DNA of 64,000 nt from a virus. The notes beneath the pieces are model-generated. The model had not been told where the DNA came from. It worked only from the letters and a program-made list of their open reading frames with translations, and did no database searches. Of the stretch, positions 9,382-18,917 are shown piece by piece (positions within the stretch are counted from its first letter, which is position 1; the number at the start of each line of letters is the position of its first letter). Where the stretch lies: IMG/VR virus record IMGVR_UViG_3300029267_002747, positions 2,325 through 66,324 of that record; one strand, 5' to 3'. Position numbers and translations under genes: made by a program.

Positions 9382-10015
9382 TGTTATATCGTGGGCGCGA
9401 ACCACCATGCAAATGACCGGATGTAGGTATGTGGACGCTTTAGCTGCCTTAGAACTCTGTAAGCAGGTAGCGAAAAGAACTACGGTCCGAGACAGGAGCA
9501 AAACTCCTAACAAAATTAAAGACCTACCTAAACCTGGTCCTTTGAAAATATTATTTCAAAAACAAAATAAAGCTACAATTGGAGTAGAAGGAAAACTCCA
9601 GAAAGATATCGCCTGTTCCAAAGATTGGGGCAAAACAACTTTACGCTGGCCTGAAGTTCACGTCGATGTGTATTGGAGAACTTGGGTGTACGGCGGGATT
9701 CCGATTACCGTAGAGTCCTTCCCAGAAGTAGAAGCCTATAGTTCTCTTGTATTGTTAGATGGTGTTGTGGATGTGAGTAAAGTCATAGGTTTAATCACCC
9801 GTGAAGTAGAGCAAAGAACAAAATCTGTGTCATTTTTGCCACAAATAGCGTATAACGATGATGATAACGCGCTGGCGCTTCCAATGATGTACGCCGCTCC
9901 GTTATTCCGAGCTTTGGCTATTTATGTGACGCAGTTTCAAGTTATGAAACAAGAAACTCCGGAACAATGGTTACTGGCCAATGAAGACTTTATTGTCGTT
10001 ATCAGAAGGCCTTAG
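9368..10015 (+). CDS. hypothetical protein
   Basis: 215-aa ORF in a tightly packed operon. Confidence 0.7.
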   Translation: MEKADVISWARTTMQMTGCRYVDALAALELCKQVAKRTTVRDRSKTPNKIKDLPKPGPLKILFQKQNKATIGVEGKLQKDIACSKDWGKTTLRWPEVHVDVYWRTWVYGGIPITVESFPEVEAYSSLVLLDGVVDVSKVIGLITREVEQRTKSVSFLPQIAYNDDDNALALPMMYAAPLFRALAIYVTQFQVMKQETPEQWLLANEDFIVVIRRP

Positions 10016-10445
10016 CATGATGACACCAGCAGAACAAGAGCTTCTACAACTGTCAGACACCTTGCATGACTGGGGTCATAGGAAGTTGTTTGATTCAGAA
10101 AATAGAACGACTCTGGAAGTAAATATCCGACTCAATTACATAACGGCTAAAGTAAGAGGCGTTCAAGCAGACTATAAAGTCCCGCATGATTCTCCTGTAT
10201 TCTCACAACTTATTCGATCTCTCCTGAGATTCAGCAAGTTAGCGGATGTAGGATACATCTACGGCCTGGCTAAAGAGCACGACATGTCTGATTGGTCGTC
10301 CAGAGCGGAAATGTGGAAGAAAAGATTAGAAGTCATTCTTGCATGTGACGATGAGAAACGCAAAATTGTTAGCTTAGAAGATTTGGACCGAGTAATTGCG
10401 AATGAAGAAAAACCTGGAAGAGATACTGAAACATGCTCAGAATAG
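9981..10445 (+). CDS. hypothetical protein (true start may be ATG 10017 or 10020)
   Basis: ORF in a packed operon. Confidence 0.65.
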   Translation: MKTLLSLSEGLSMMTPAEQELLQLSDTLHDWGHRKLFDSENRTTLEVNIRLNYITAKVRGVQADYKVPHDSPVFSQLIRSLLRFSKLADVGYIYGLAKEHDMSDWSSRAEMWKKRLEVILACDDEKRKIVSLEDLDRVIANEEKPGRDTETCSE

Positions 10446-10830
10446 AGCTAAAGAGAAAAAACTCCAGAGAGATAACAAAAGAGCCGCCAGACAAAAAAGT
10501 CCGCAAGCAAAACGTCAGCGAAGAAATAAACATACACAGAAGAATACTTCCGGTATTCATCGTTTAGCTCAGAGGCTTCGTGAGTTGTGGCCGCCTTTAA
10601 ATCCTCCGGACTATGGGAAAGATTATAAATTTCTTGAACATTTCGTCCGGGTAATCAAAAAACAACACCCACACCTAACAAACCCAGCTATCCATAAAAT
10701 GGCTGAGGACATTGTTACAGGCATCCGTAAAGATGAGCTTCCAGAATATGTTCAGGATTTAGATGTCTGTCAGGTGCTGGGTAAATTAGCCTATCATATT
10801 AGTGAAAATTTATCTGAATACCTACCTTGA
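10396..10830 (+). CDS. hypothetical basic protein
   Basis: 144-aa ORF with a K/R-rich N-terminal half. Confidence 0.7.
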   Translation: MRMKKNLEEILKHAQNRAKEKKLQRDNKRAARQKSPQAKRQRRNKHTQKNTSGIHRLAQRLRELWPPLNPPDYGKDYKFLEHFVRVIKKQHPHLTNPAIHKMAEDIVTGIRKDELPEYVQDLDVCQVLGKLAYHISENLSEYLP

Positions 10831-10855
10831 CACCCGTCCCGGACTGCAGTACATT
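10827..10855 (+). promoter_or_regulatory. host sigma70-type promoter for the replication operon
   Basis: TTGACA-N17-TACATT; an additional TATAAT at 10865-10870; AAGGAGA SD before ATG 10890. Confidence 0.7.
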
Positions 10856-10889
10856 CCTACTTCCTATAATTACACGAAGGAGACACTAA

Positions 10890-12194
10890 ATGGCCGACAA
10901 GGTTCCAGCGTTGGTACAGCGGGTTCTATCAGGACTCTGCCAAGAACCGGAAGATTTTATGCGGCAGGCTTCTTTGGAAGAATTGATCCCTAAGCCATAC
11001 AGACCTATCTACACATACATTGCCGAATACTTCACTCGACATGGGAAAAGTCCAACCTGGACAAAAGTCCGGAAGAATTTCAGGGCAAAATTTGAGTTAA
11101 AAATACAAAAGGTATCGAAAAAGACAGCTTCTGAATTAGTAGAAGAGTTGATTAACGCCAAAAAAGCGGTCCTGGTTCGCCAGGTTTTCGATGCTTTAGC
11201 AGATACCGGAGATATTGAGTCGTGGGAGGATGTCACCCCAAACATAGTTGATGACCTCATATCCAAGATGAAAGACTGTGTCACTACATCTTCCGTACTT
11301 GGCACATATGAATCTGACCATGTTGTATCCTTTGGAGACGGCTCAGATTTAAAAGAACTATACGCCAACATGGAATCTGGGGCTGGTGCTGGGTATCAAA
11401 TGTACTTTAAGGAGCTCTCCGACCCTTTCAATGGGCTCAAGAACGGATCTGTCTACGGCATGTTCGGAGCTCCTGGGGTGAAAAAGACTTTCATCCTGGC
11501 CTTGCAAGCCGCGTATTTTGCGCTGAGTAAAATCCCAACTTTTCTATTCTCATCTGAGATGTCTAGCGAGGAACTTAAGCAGAGAGTCGCAGCGATGCTA
11601 GCTGGTGTTAGTTATGACGGAGTCATCAAAGGAACACTCTCAAAATCTGAAAAAGCCACCTACTATGCATGGTTGGACAGTGATGAAAGAAAAGACCTGG
11701 ATGAATATCTGATCTTTGGTGGACCTACATCTTGCCCGAATTTAGTCGCTTTGGAGAAGATAGTTCGTGAGCACCGGATACATATGATCTGCCTTGACAC
11801 AATAGCAAACATGGCGGATACAGACCAGAACGGAGAAATTGGTTGGATGCAAATCCAGAAGCTGATGAGAGAACTTAATATACTCGTTAAGCGTCATCAA
11901 ATTCCCTGTTTGTATACCAGCCATTTCAACAGGTCTGGTAGCCGTAACAGATCAGGTGTAGCCCATGGTGACGCATTCTTCAAGTACTCCGCCCAAGCCT
12001 GGTCCATATCCAGCAAAGAAGAGACTTCTGTAGACTTTTGTACATTCAAAACCAGAGAATCTTCAGATACAGGTAAGAGATACCTACGCTATAAATTTGA
12101 TCTTTTGAAGGCTGAATTCCGATTCTTCTCCACTGTGGATAAGAGCCGAAAATCAGCCGCTAGTGCAACTATTTCTGGATACGCAGGACGATGA
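10890..12194 (+). CDS. dnaB: DnaB-like replicative helicase
   Basis: Walker A-like GAPGVKKT, FSSEMS, Walker B ICLD, SHFNR, KTRE; immediately upstream of the primase. Confidence 0.82.
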   Translation: MADKVPALVQRVLSGLCQEPEDFMRQASLEELIPKPYRPIYTYIAEYFTRHGKSPTWTKVRKNFRAKFELKIQKVSKKTASELVEELINAKKAVLVRQVFDALADTGDIESWEDVTPNIVDDLISKMKDCVTTSSVLGTYESDHVVSFGDGSDLKELYANMESGAGAGYQMYFKELSDPFNGLKNGSVYGMFGAPGVKKTFILALQAAYFALSKIPTFLFSSEMSSEELKQRVAAMLAGVSYDGVIKGTLSKSEKATYYAWLDSDERKDLDEYLIFGGPTSCPNLVALEKIVREHRIHMICLDTIANMADTDQNGEIGWMQIQKLMRELNILVKRHQIPCLYTSHFNRSGSRNRSGVAHGDAFFKYSAQAWSISSKEETSVDFCTFKTRESSDTGKRYLRYKFDLLKAEFRFFSTVDKSRKSAASATISGYAGR

Positions 12195-13213
12195 AAAAAG
12201 ATACATTCATCCGACTGTGGGAGAGATTTTTCAATGAAACACCGAAGATTAGTGGGGATTGGTTCAAATGCAGATGCATTATGGCACCATACACTTCAGA
12301 CCACAAACACGATGTGGACCAAACCCCTGCTTTGAATATCATCGTAGGGAACAAAACCTCATGGTGTAAATGCTGGGTATGTGGAAAAGAAAAAGGAGAA
12401 CCCCTCTTGACATTCCTGGCAGAATACGCTAAAAGGGCTGGCCGTCCTGGGGTATTGGCTGCTTTTGAAGAAGCTGAAGAAGCAGAAGCTGAAGCCGCCT
12501 CTATTCCCGACTTTATATTCGGTAAAAACACAGGCTCTGCCACAGAAGACACAGACTACACAGACACATTGAAAAAATTAACGGGACAGCCAGACGCTGT
12601 CTTCATGACCAAGAAAGGGATAGACCAGGAAACCTCAAAGTTATTTGGAATAACATCAAATGAAACTGATTTTGAAACACAGAAAGAATTAGGTAGTTAC
12701 TCTCCCGGGATAATCATCCCATACCTCAATCCTGATGGTGATAAATGTGTGGGTCTAAAATATAGACCATATCATCACACAAAAGGTCCCAAATATTGGT
12801 TTGTTGGAAAAATGTCAAAAACTGACAAATTATATGGAGATTGGTTAATCCCAGATGATATTGACCCCAATGATATCGATGATCCTGAATTCAGATTATA
12901 CCTCTGCGAAGGAGAATTGGATGTCATGCACTTTAGGAGGGAAAAGAGATATGCAATAGCTGTAGCTGGATCAGATCTCTCTGAAGAACAAGCGGAGATG
13001 ATTAAATCTCTAACTGATGTAATCTTCGTAGTAGGAGACCCAGATCCAGCAGGAGTGAAATTTTCCAGGAGCGCTCGAAAAACATTGGAAAAAGTGGGCG
13101 TGAAAGCTTACTTGATATTTCCGGAAGTAAATCCTCGAGAACTCACACAAGAACAGATTGACCGTATGTCTGATATTGTTATTCAGGCCGACCAGATGTA
13201 CCAAGATTGGTAA
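12191..13213 (+). CDS. dnaG: DNA primase (Zn finger + TOPRIM)
   Basis: CRC..H..CKCWVC zinc finger; LCEGELD and GDPDPAG TOPRIM motifs. Confidence 0.88.
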   Translation: MKKDTFIRLWERFFNETPKISGDWFKCRCIMAPYTSDHKHDVDQTPALNIIVGNKTSWCKCWVCGKEKGEPLLTFLAEYAKRAGRPGVLAAFEEAEEAEAEAASIPDFIFGKNTGSATEDTDYTDTLKKLTGQPDAVFMTKKGIDQETSKLFGITSNETDFETQKELGSYSPGIIIPYLNPDGDKCVGLKYRPYHHTKGPKYWFVGKMSKTDKLYGDWLIPDDIDPNDIDDPEFRLYLCEGELDVMHFRREKRYAIAVAGSDLSEEQAEMIKSLTDVIFVVGDPDPAGVKFSRSARKTLEKVGVKAYLIFPEVNPRELTQEQIDRMSDIVIQADQMYQDW

Positions 13214-13237
13214 CACCACAGAAAAATAGAGAAAACC

Positions 13238-14455
13238 ATGAATCTGAAAAAATTACAAAGCTTCGCCTCTAGCTATGAAGAAGAGGTCCAGAAAGCCGGA
13301 GCAGGGAACTCCAGATTTGATTTTCCTGGTGCAAAGGAAAGACGAAAATTCTACATCAAGGAAGTCCTTAATGTAAAAGGTGCTATGACCAGGAAAATTA
13401 TATTGCTCGATGAACCCATCACATTAGCAGTTCACGAAACTGTTGTAGGGGCGGGTAAGAGTGGTAAAGGTCCATTCGCCCTGAAGGAATATCATCGATG
13501 CTCCAAATCCGAAGTGGATGATGATTTCAAAGTGGAAACATTCCAGGACAGAGACTGCTTCTGCTGCACTTCTCGAGTCGACAGTGTTAATCGACTTATC
13601 CGAGTGGTTATAATCCCCATCTTAGTTGAGCCGTTCCCTGTTATCGGAGATAGAGGCCCGTCTATGTACGGACCTATGGTGTCACATCTTATTCTCCCAC
13701 CGTGGGGGCACACCAAGAGTGTCTTCAAAGATATAATCTTAGAAAAGATGATATCCTACAAGGCTCAAAAGGGTCTACGCTTCCAAGTCAAACGAGCCGA
13801 GGAAGATCCTCGTTCTATTGGTAATCATTGGGAAATTGACGCGATGGATCCAGTGTGGGAGCCAAAGAAAATCGCGGCTTACATGAAGGAACACCACGAT
13901 CCTGAAAATGGTGTTAATCTTAATATTGCCTCTATAGATGCGGCATTCCCAATGCTCAACCCAGATCAATGGAAGAGCATACTCCAGAAGCATTGTGAAG
14001 TCTGCCAGGCCCACCCAGGACTCTGGAAGAATTTAACAGGTCTAGAGGCCGGAGCGTCCGGAGGGACTTCTCCTAAAACCTCTGGCGGAGATAAAGACTT
14101 AGATCTGAGTTCTTTAAACCTGGATGATGACCCAGATTTTGGGGACGATGATGATGACTCTAACCTCTCCATCGAAGAACGTATGATCCAGGCTGTAGGT
14201 ATCAACAAAGATGCTTTGACGCCTTACGACGAAGATGAGGAAGAGGAAGAGGAAGAGACTCTAGAAGAAGAATCAGAGCAACCTCTGGTCCTCGAATTTG
14301 ACGGCTACGGCTATCTGGATCAAGATGGCGCAGCTTATGAAGAGGACGGCACCCCAATTCTAAACGAAGACGGTGAACACCTTGTTTACGAAATGGACGA
14401 AGATGAATTGGAAAGATTCGAAGAGGAAGAGCCTTTCACACTCCCAAAAGAATAG
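13238..14455 (+). CDS. probable single-stranded DNA-binding protein with Zn motif and acidic tail
   Basis: Lies between primase and polymerase; HRC...DCFCC motif; long D/E-rich C-terminus. Confidence 0.6.
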   Translation: MNLKKLQSFASSYEEEVQKAGAGNSRFDFPGAKERRKFYIKEVLNVKGAMTRKIILLDEPITLAVHETVVGAGKSGKGPFALKEYHRCSKSEVDDDFKVETFQDRDCFCCTSRVDSVNRLIRVVIIPILVEPFPVIGDRGPSMYGPMVSHLILPPWGHTKSVFKDIILEKMISYKAQKGLRFQVKRAEEDPRSIGNHWEIDAMDPVWEPKKIAAYMKEHHDPENGVNLNIASIDAAFPMLNPDQWKSILQKHCEVCQAHPGLWKNLTGLEAGASGGTSPKTSGGDKDLDLSSLNLDDDPDFGDDDDDSNLSIEERMIQAVGINKDALTPYDEDEEEEEEETLEEESEQPLVLEFDGYGYLDQDGAAYEEDGTPILNEDGEHLVYEMDEDELERFEEEEPFTLPKE

Positions 14456-14477
14456 ATCCAGAGCCGCCAACTCTGGA
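14443..14477 (+). promoter_or_regulatory. putative -1 programmed ribosomal frameshift signal
   Basis: C_CCA_AAA slippery heptamer in frame (14443-14449), 7-nt spacer, TCCAGAG-ccgccaa-CTCTGGA hairpin. Confidence 0.65.
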
Positions 14478-14769
14478 ACTATATCCTGACCCAACAAATG
14501 GGAATCTGATCTACATTGATGAAGGTGACGGCCAATTTCCTGTTGTTAAAATTCCTGGTCCCGGAGAAGAAAGCATCTGGGTGTCTTATACAGAATATGT
14601 ATTTGATCCAGAAACAGGCCAGAGGACCGGGGAAGTTCACAAAATGAGCTCAAATGAAAAAGAATTTCATAAAGCTCAATGGGAATCAACCCAAGCCAAC
14701 ATTGATACTGATGGAGATGTGGTTGGCAACTCCGACGCCGGAGACAACATCTTCGCCCCACTAAAATAA
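14449..14769 (+). CDS. -1 frame C-terminal extension of the SSB-like protein (106 aa)
   Basis: Frame is open from 14407 with no ATG/GTG/TTG until 14581; acidic sequence resembling the SSB tail (RIDPEPPTLELYPDPTNGNLIYIDEGDG...). Confidence 0.6.
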   Translation, partial: RIDPEPPTLELYPDPTNGNLIYIDEGDGQFPVVKIPGPGEESIWVSYTEYVFDPETGQRTGEVHKMSSNEKEFHKAQWESTQANIDTDGDVVGNSDAGDNIFAPLK

Positions 14770-14781
14770 TTATGCGGCATC

Positions 14782-14816
14782 AGGGGAGCTCAGACTAAAG
14801 ACTCTGCAGCTCCCCT
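14782..14816 (+). promoter_or_regulatory. stem-loop upstream of the DNA polymerase gene
   Basis: AGGGGAGCT-CAGA...TCTG-C-AGCTCCCCT, ending about 10 nt before the AAGGA SD; no U tract. Confidence 0.5.
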
Positions 14817-14837
14817 CAATCCTATAAGGATTATTAA

Positions 14838-17123
14838 ATGAGAACATTAGAAAAATTCTTGAAGGCTATAGAGAAATCCAGAGTCTTCTCATTAGATACG
14901 GAATGTGAAGGAGTAGGTACTGGATCTGCTCTCGATACAGCTACAAACAAACTGACCCTAGTTACATTAGCGTGTAACAGAGCTGTGGCTCATATAGAGC
15001 CTAACACCCAAATATCATTAGACGCTATTCGGTTCCTACTTACATCAGATTCCATCTGTGTTATGCATAATGCCGCATTTGACACAAAAGTCCTTCACAG
15101 GCATGTTCTACCTATGGAAAAATGGAGAGTGACTATTGTGGATACAATGGTGCTTTCTTGGATAGTAGATCCTCGTGGAGCAGGCTCAGGTTTGGTCCCG
15201 GATCATAGGCTCAAAAAGCTAGTCAAAAAATACCTGAATTACACCATGGTAGAATACAAGGAAGTTACTAAAGAACTTCCAGCAGCTCAGTGCAAGATCG
15301 ACGCTCATTTAAAAGCTTCAAAAATCCACAGGTTACATGATGCCGCTAAGTTTGAAAAAGCCAGGGCCAGTCATGAACGAAAGATCAGGAAACATAGGAG
15401 ACTAAGAATCCAACCAAAATTGGCTGAGATTAAGGAAAATAAGATAGGTATGACTAAGAAGGAGCAGGCCGCTGCTCGTAAAGAGTTGAATAAATACCAT
15501 AAAGATTTCCGCCTAGATCCTGATACGTTTCGGCAGCATATGAACAATAAGCTGAAAAGGTACCACAACCTGTATCTAGAAGCAGAGAAAGAACTTAAAC
15601 CTGCGTTTATTGCCTACGCCGAAGATGACGCTCGACAGACTCTACGGTTGTATCGACACCTTGAATCTAAACTCAAAAACAAGGAGATGACTTGGTGGTC
15701 CTTCATTGAGAGCAGTGTGCTACGAGTGATCCTTGATACCGAGAAAACCGGGATAAGAATTGACAGAGCCAAAATTCGACCTCTGTACTTTAAGGTGCAG
15801 AATATGATTGATGCGCTTGGTGCAGATCTTAAAGACATGGCTCCATTCGATCTCAACCCAGATAGATCTCGAGATATTAGTCGGATGGTCTACAACGTCA
15901 GAAAATTGATCCCGATTGAAAGAGCCGTCGAAACTAGGCCTTCCTTAAAGCGAAGGGCAAAAGACTCGACAGTTCGGGCAGAATACTCTATCGCGAAAAA
16001 GATTCTTTCTAAGCACGATAGTGATGAATTTGTCGCTAAGTACCTGGAGAGAAATTCCTTGAAAACGTTGCGGAATTCCTTCATCCGGAAACTGGGGTTT
16101 GAACTTAACGGGAATATTCAGTACACCCGCTTCAAACCGACAGGGACGAAAACTGGGAGATTTACTTCCGCAAACCCATCCCTTCAACAAATTCCATCCA
16201 GGAACAAAGAGCTAGCGATCCCTATTCGAGAAGCTTTTATCAACAGACCAGGTACACAATTGATAGTCGCAGATTTATCGCAAATCGAACTGCGAACTGC
16301 AGGGGTTGTTGCTAACGATCCATCTTTAATAGAAATCTACAACCGACATGAATTTGATGCAGAAGGGCTCAAAGTCTTTACTGCGGACGTTCACGAAGAG
16401 ACTAGAATAGCTATTGGTTATGATGAGAGCTATAGGTGGCTTGCCAAAAATTGTAATTTCGGATTACTCTACGGTGGCAGTGCTGGATTGCTGCACCACC
16501 TGACCAAGATACCAGTGCCAGAATGCGAAGAAATTCGCGAGAAATTCTTCACAAAATACCCGGCCCTGGAGACTACTGTTGATATGCTCGGATCTTGCTA
16601 TAGAGGAGGGATGCGATCCTTTAGTATCCCGTTCTCTGGCAGGGTCAGGATATGGGACGGCTCAGCTGAAGCTTCTCCTGGGCAAATTTTCAACACAATG
16701 GTACAAGGATCAGCCGCAGACATGCTTAAAGCTCAGATCCATTATTTCTGGTGGTTCTGCGTAAGACACCGCCCGGAATGGGACGCACACATGCTGCTCC
16801 AAATCCATGATGAAGTTGTGTGGGAAGTGAATGAAGAATACGCTGAAGAAGCTGCGTATGCCTTGAAGTATGTAATGGAGTTTCCCTGGTGGAAGCTGCC
16901 TCTACCTATCCAGGCAGATGTGAAAATTGGTCCAAATTGGGCCATAGGAAAACTAGATGAAGACGATAAGGATTATCCTTCATTGAAACTCAACAAAGCC
17001 AGAATCTCTGCTGCCCAAGAATTGGTGCCTTTGGAGCAACCAATATATAAGCAATACGATGACGACGGTCCTGCTGGGTTAACAGATTATGGGCTCATAA
17101 TGTTGGAAAAAGGCATAATATAA
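14838..17123 (+). CDS. polA: DNA polymerase family A with 3'-5' exonuclease
   Basis: ExoI LDTE, ExoII HNAAFD, ExoIII YAEDDA; TGRFTSANPSLQQIP; motif A ADLSQIELR; motif B RWLAKNCNFGLLYG; motif C QIHDE. Confidence 0.95.
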   Translation: MRTLEKFLKAIEKSRVFSLDTECEGVGTGSALDTATNKLTLVTLACNRAVAHIEPNTQISLDAIRFLLTSDSICVMHNAAFDTKVLHRHVLPMEKWRVTIVDTMVLSWIVDPRGAGSGLVPDHRLKKLVKKYLNYTMVEYKEVTKELPAAQCKIDAHLKASKIHRLHDAAKFEKARASHERKIRKHRRLRIQPKLAEIKENKIGMTKKEQAAARKELNKYHKDFRLDPDTFRQHMNNKLKRYHNLYLEAEKELKPAFIAYAEDDARQTLRLYRHLESKLKNKEMTWWSFIESSVLRVILDTEKTGIRIDRAKIRPLYFKVQNMIDALGADLKDMAPFDLNPDRSRDISRMVYNVRKLIPIERAVETRPSLKRRAKDSTVRAEYSIAKKILSKHDSDEFVAKYLERNSLKTLRNSFIRKLGFELNGNIQYTRFKPTGTKTGRFTSANPSLQQIPSRNKELAIPIREAFINRPGTQLIVADLSQIELRTAGVVANDPSLIEIYNRHEFDAEGLKVFTADVHEETRIAIGYDESYRWLAKNCNFGLLYGGSAGLLHHLTKIPVPECEEIREKFFTKYPALETTVDMLGSCYRGGMRSFSIPFSGRVRIWDGSAEASPGQIFNTMVQGSAADMLKAQIHYFWWFCVRHRPEWDAHMLLQIHDEVVWEVNEEYAEEAAYALKYVMEFPWWKLPLPIQADVKIGPNWAIGKLDEDDKDYPSLKLNKARISAAQELVPLEQPIYKQYDDDGPAGLTDYGLIMLEKGII

Positions 17124-18571
17124 TGGCAAAGCAATCTAATGCAAAATCCAAAGTGGAGGCTCCGACCACCCGACAACCGGAGAAAGCAAAGGGTATAATT
17201 GAATCTTTGAACACAAAGTTCAAGCAGAGCTATATCTCCGATATCGGGGATAGAATTGTATCGTCCTTTGTGAGGTATCCATCTTGGTTTATAGACTTAG
17301 ATATTGCCCTGAGCGGCGGCTATATGTACGGCAAAATTCTTCAACTATGGGGTTATCCCCAGAGTGGGAAATCAACTTTGGCGTACAGATTAGCCGCCTC
17401 AGCTCAGCAGTTTTGCCACAGTTGTTTCACTCCTATCGTTGAGTTCATGAACTTTGAGACAGGAGAAACTAAAACAACATGTCTTTGTGGAAAATGCAAC
17501 TCGGGTCAAGTCCTATTCTTAGCTACTGAGGACAGATTTGATTCGGACTGGGCGCTCTTAAATGGGGTAGATGTAAACAATGGCTTCATAACAGCTTTAG
17601 CCCCAACCATAGAGATCGCAGCAGATATCCTGGAAGAACTTGTGATCCATAAGGCCTGTGATTTAGTTATCATAGACAGCATGGCAGCTCTGATGCCAGA
17701 AAACTATATCGGAAAAGCTGTTGACGGACAGAAACTTGGAGCGCACGCCGCAGGACTCCAGAATTTCCTTAGTAGATTTTTGAGCGCGAACTCGAAAACC
17801 GGTATGGAGATCGCCCCGGAAGTCCGAGAGACATTCAATAAACATAAACCTGGCCTACCTCCGCCACCTATCCGCACGACCTTAATTGGCACAAACCAGG
17901 TAAGATCAAAGATAGGTGTCGCATTTGGTAGCCCAGATGTTCCTTGTGGGGGGCATTTCTTGAAGCACGCCATCACCCAATCTATCCGAATGTTGTCACC
18001 CACAATTAACGATAACATAGATTCCAAACTTGTGACCGGTAACGTGCTGGCTGATTTCACCGGCAAAATAGACAAAGCCACAAACGGAGGATCAGCTGGC
18101 GGGAAAGGTACGTACAGAATATGGACTGATGATTATAAAACAAATAAAATTGGCGATACAGGCGAACCGGCCCGGTTACTCGCCTTACTGAAGTACTTTG
18201 GGATTATCCGTAAAGAGAAGAGTGGCTATGTTTTTGCTGGACGGACATGGAAAGCCCAAAAAGATATAAAGACTGCGTTGAACTATAAAGGCATGCAGTT
18301 ATTTGCTCGTTGGGTCATCTTTTCCAATTACCTCAATGCGGCAGGAAAACTGAGTACTAAGTTCGTCGATTATGACTACAACCCATATTACCGCATAGTT
18401 CAAAAAGGAACTTACACTTATGGCGAAGTCACATTACCAGAATGGGTCCTCGAACCCAGAGTCGGCGCTGGAAAAAGCGATGGCGGAAGTAAACCCGAAA
18501 CTTCTGGAGGAATACCAGAAAAGAAAAGACGAGGCCGGCCGAAAAAGGCGAGAAGCGAGAGCGAAGCATGA
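17123..18571 (+). CDS. recA: RecA/UvsX-like recombinase with Cys-rich insertion and C-terminal AT-hook-like motif
   Basis: LDIALSGG, GYPQSGKST, IIDSMAAL, NQVR, GGHFLKH; CHSC...CLCGKC; RRGRPKK. Confidence 0.9.
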   Translation: MAKQSNAKSKVEAPTTRQPEKAKGIIESLNTKFKQSYISDIGDRIVSSFVRYPSWFIDLDIALSGGYMYGKILQLWGYPQSGKSTLAYRLAASAQQFCHSCFTPIVEFMNFETGETKTTCLCGKCNSGQVLFLATEDRFDSDWALLNGVDVNNGFITALAPTIEIAADILEELVIHKACDLVIIDSMAALMPENYIGKAVDGQKLGAHAAGLQNFLSRFLSANSKTGMEIAPEVRETFNKHKPGLPPPPIRTTLIGTNQVRSKIGVAFGSPDVPCGGHFLKHAITQSIRMLSPTINDNIDSKLVTGNVLADFTGKIDKATNGGSAGGKGTYRIWTDDYKTNKIGDTGEPARLLALLKYFGIIRKEKSGYVFAGRTWKAQKDIKTALNYKGMQLFARWVIFSNYLNAAGKLSTKFVDYDYNPYYRIVQKGTYTYGEVTLPEWVLEPRVGAGKSDGGSKPETSGGIPEKKRRGRPKKARSESEA

Positions 18572-18917
18572 CCCTCGTCAACGAGGAGATGATGGTGAAG
18601 CTATTGTCGCTGATCGATTAAAAATAGCTCGGCAACGATCAAGTGGTTCCGGGGAAATACACAAAGGTGATTTGAAATCAGATAAGTATATTGGGTCTGT
18701 GAAAACAACAGATAATCCCAAATCAATGCTTACAGAACAGACTTTCTCAAAAGCCATTTCAGATGCTCTTTGCCACAACCGGGAACCCCTTGTTATTATC
18801 TACGAGCCCAAACTAGACCGCATCACCGCTTATCTCCACATAGGTGGTGATGAATGGGAATCGTACACTGAAATAGAAATTTACAACATTTTGCACGGAG
18901 ATCAGAACGATGATTGA
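18420..18917 (+). CDS. putative Holliday junction resolvase-like PD-(D/E)xK nuclease
   Basis: GDDGE, SGS...KGD, SVKTT, EPLVII motifs; follows RecA; start uncertain (18420 or 18480). Confidence 0.5.
   Translation: MAKSHYQNGSSNPESALEKAMAEVNPKLLEEYQKRKDEAGRKRREARAKHDPRQRGDDGEAIVADRLKIARQRSSGSGEIHKGDLKSDKYIGSVKTTDNPKSMLTEQTFSKAISDALCHNREPLVIIYEPKLDRITAYLHIGGDEWESYTEIEIYNILHGDQNDD

Noticed and set aside
14453-14510. TAG readthrough or genetic recoding of the SSB stop
   Set aside because: The same frame hits TGA after 17 codons, and all three stops terminate genes normally elsewhere.
15270-15600. Intein in the DNA polymerase
   Set aside because: No C/S start with Hint blocks and no terminal HN/GN followed by C/S/T.
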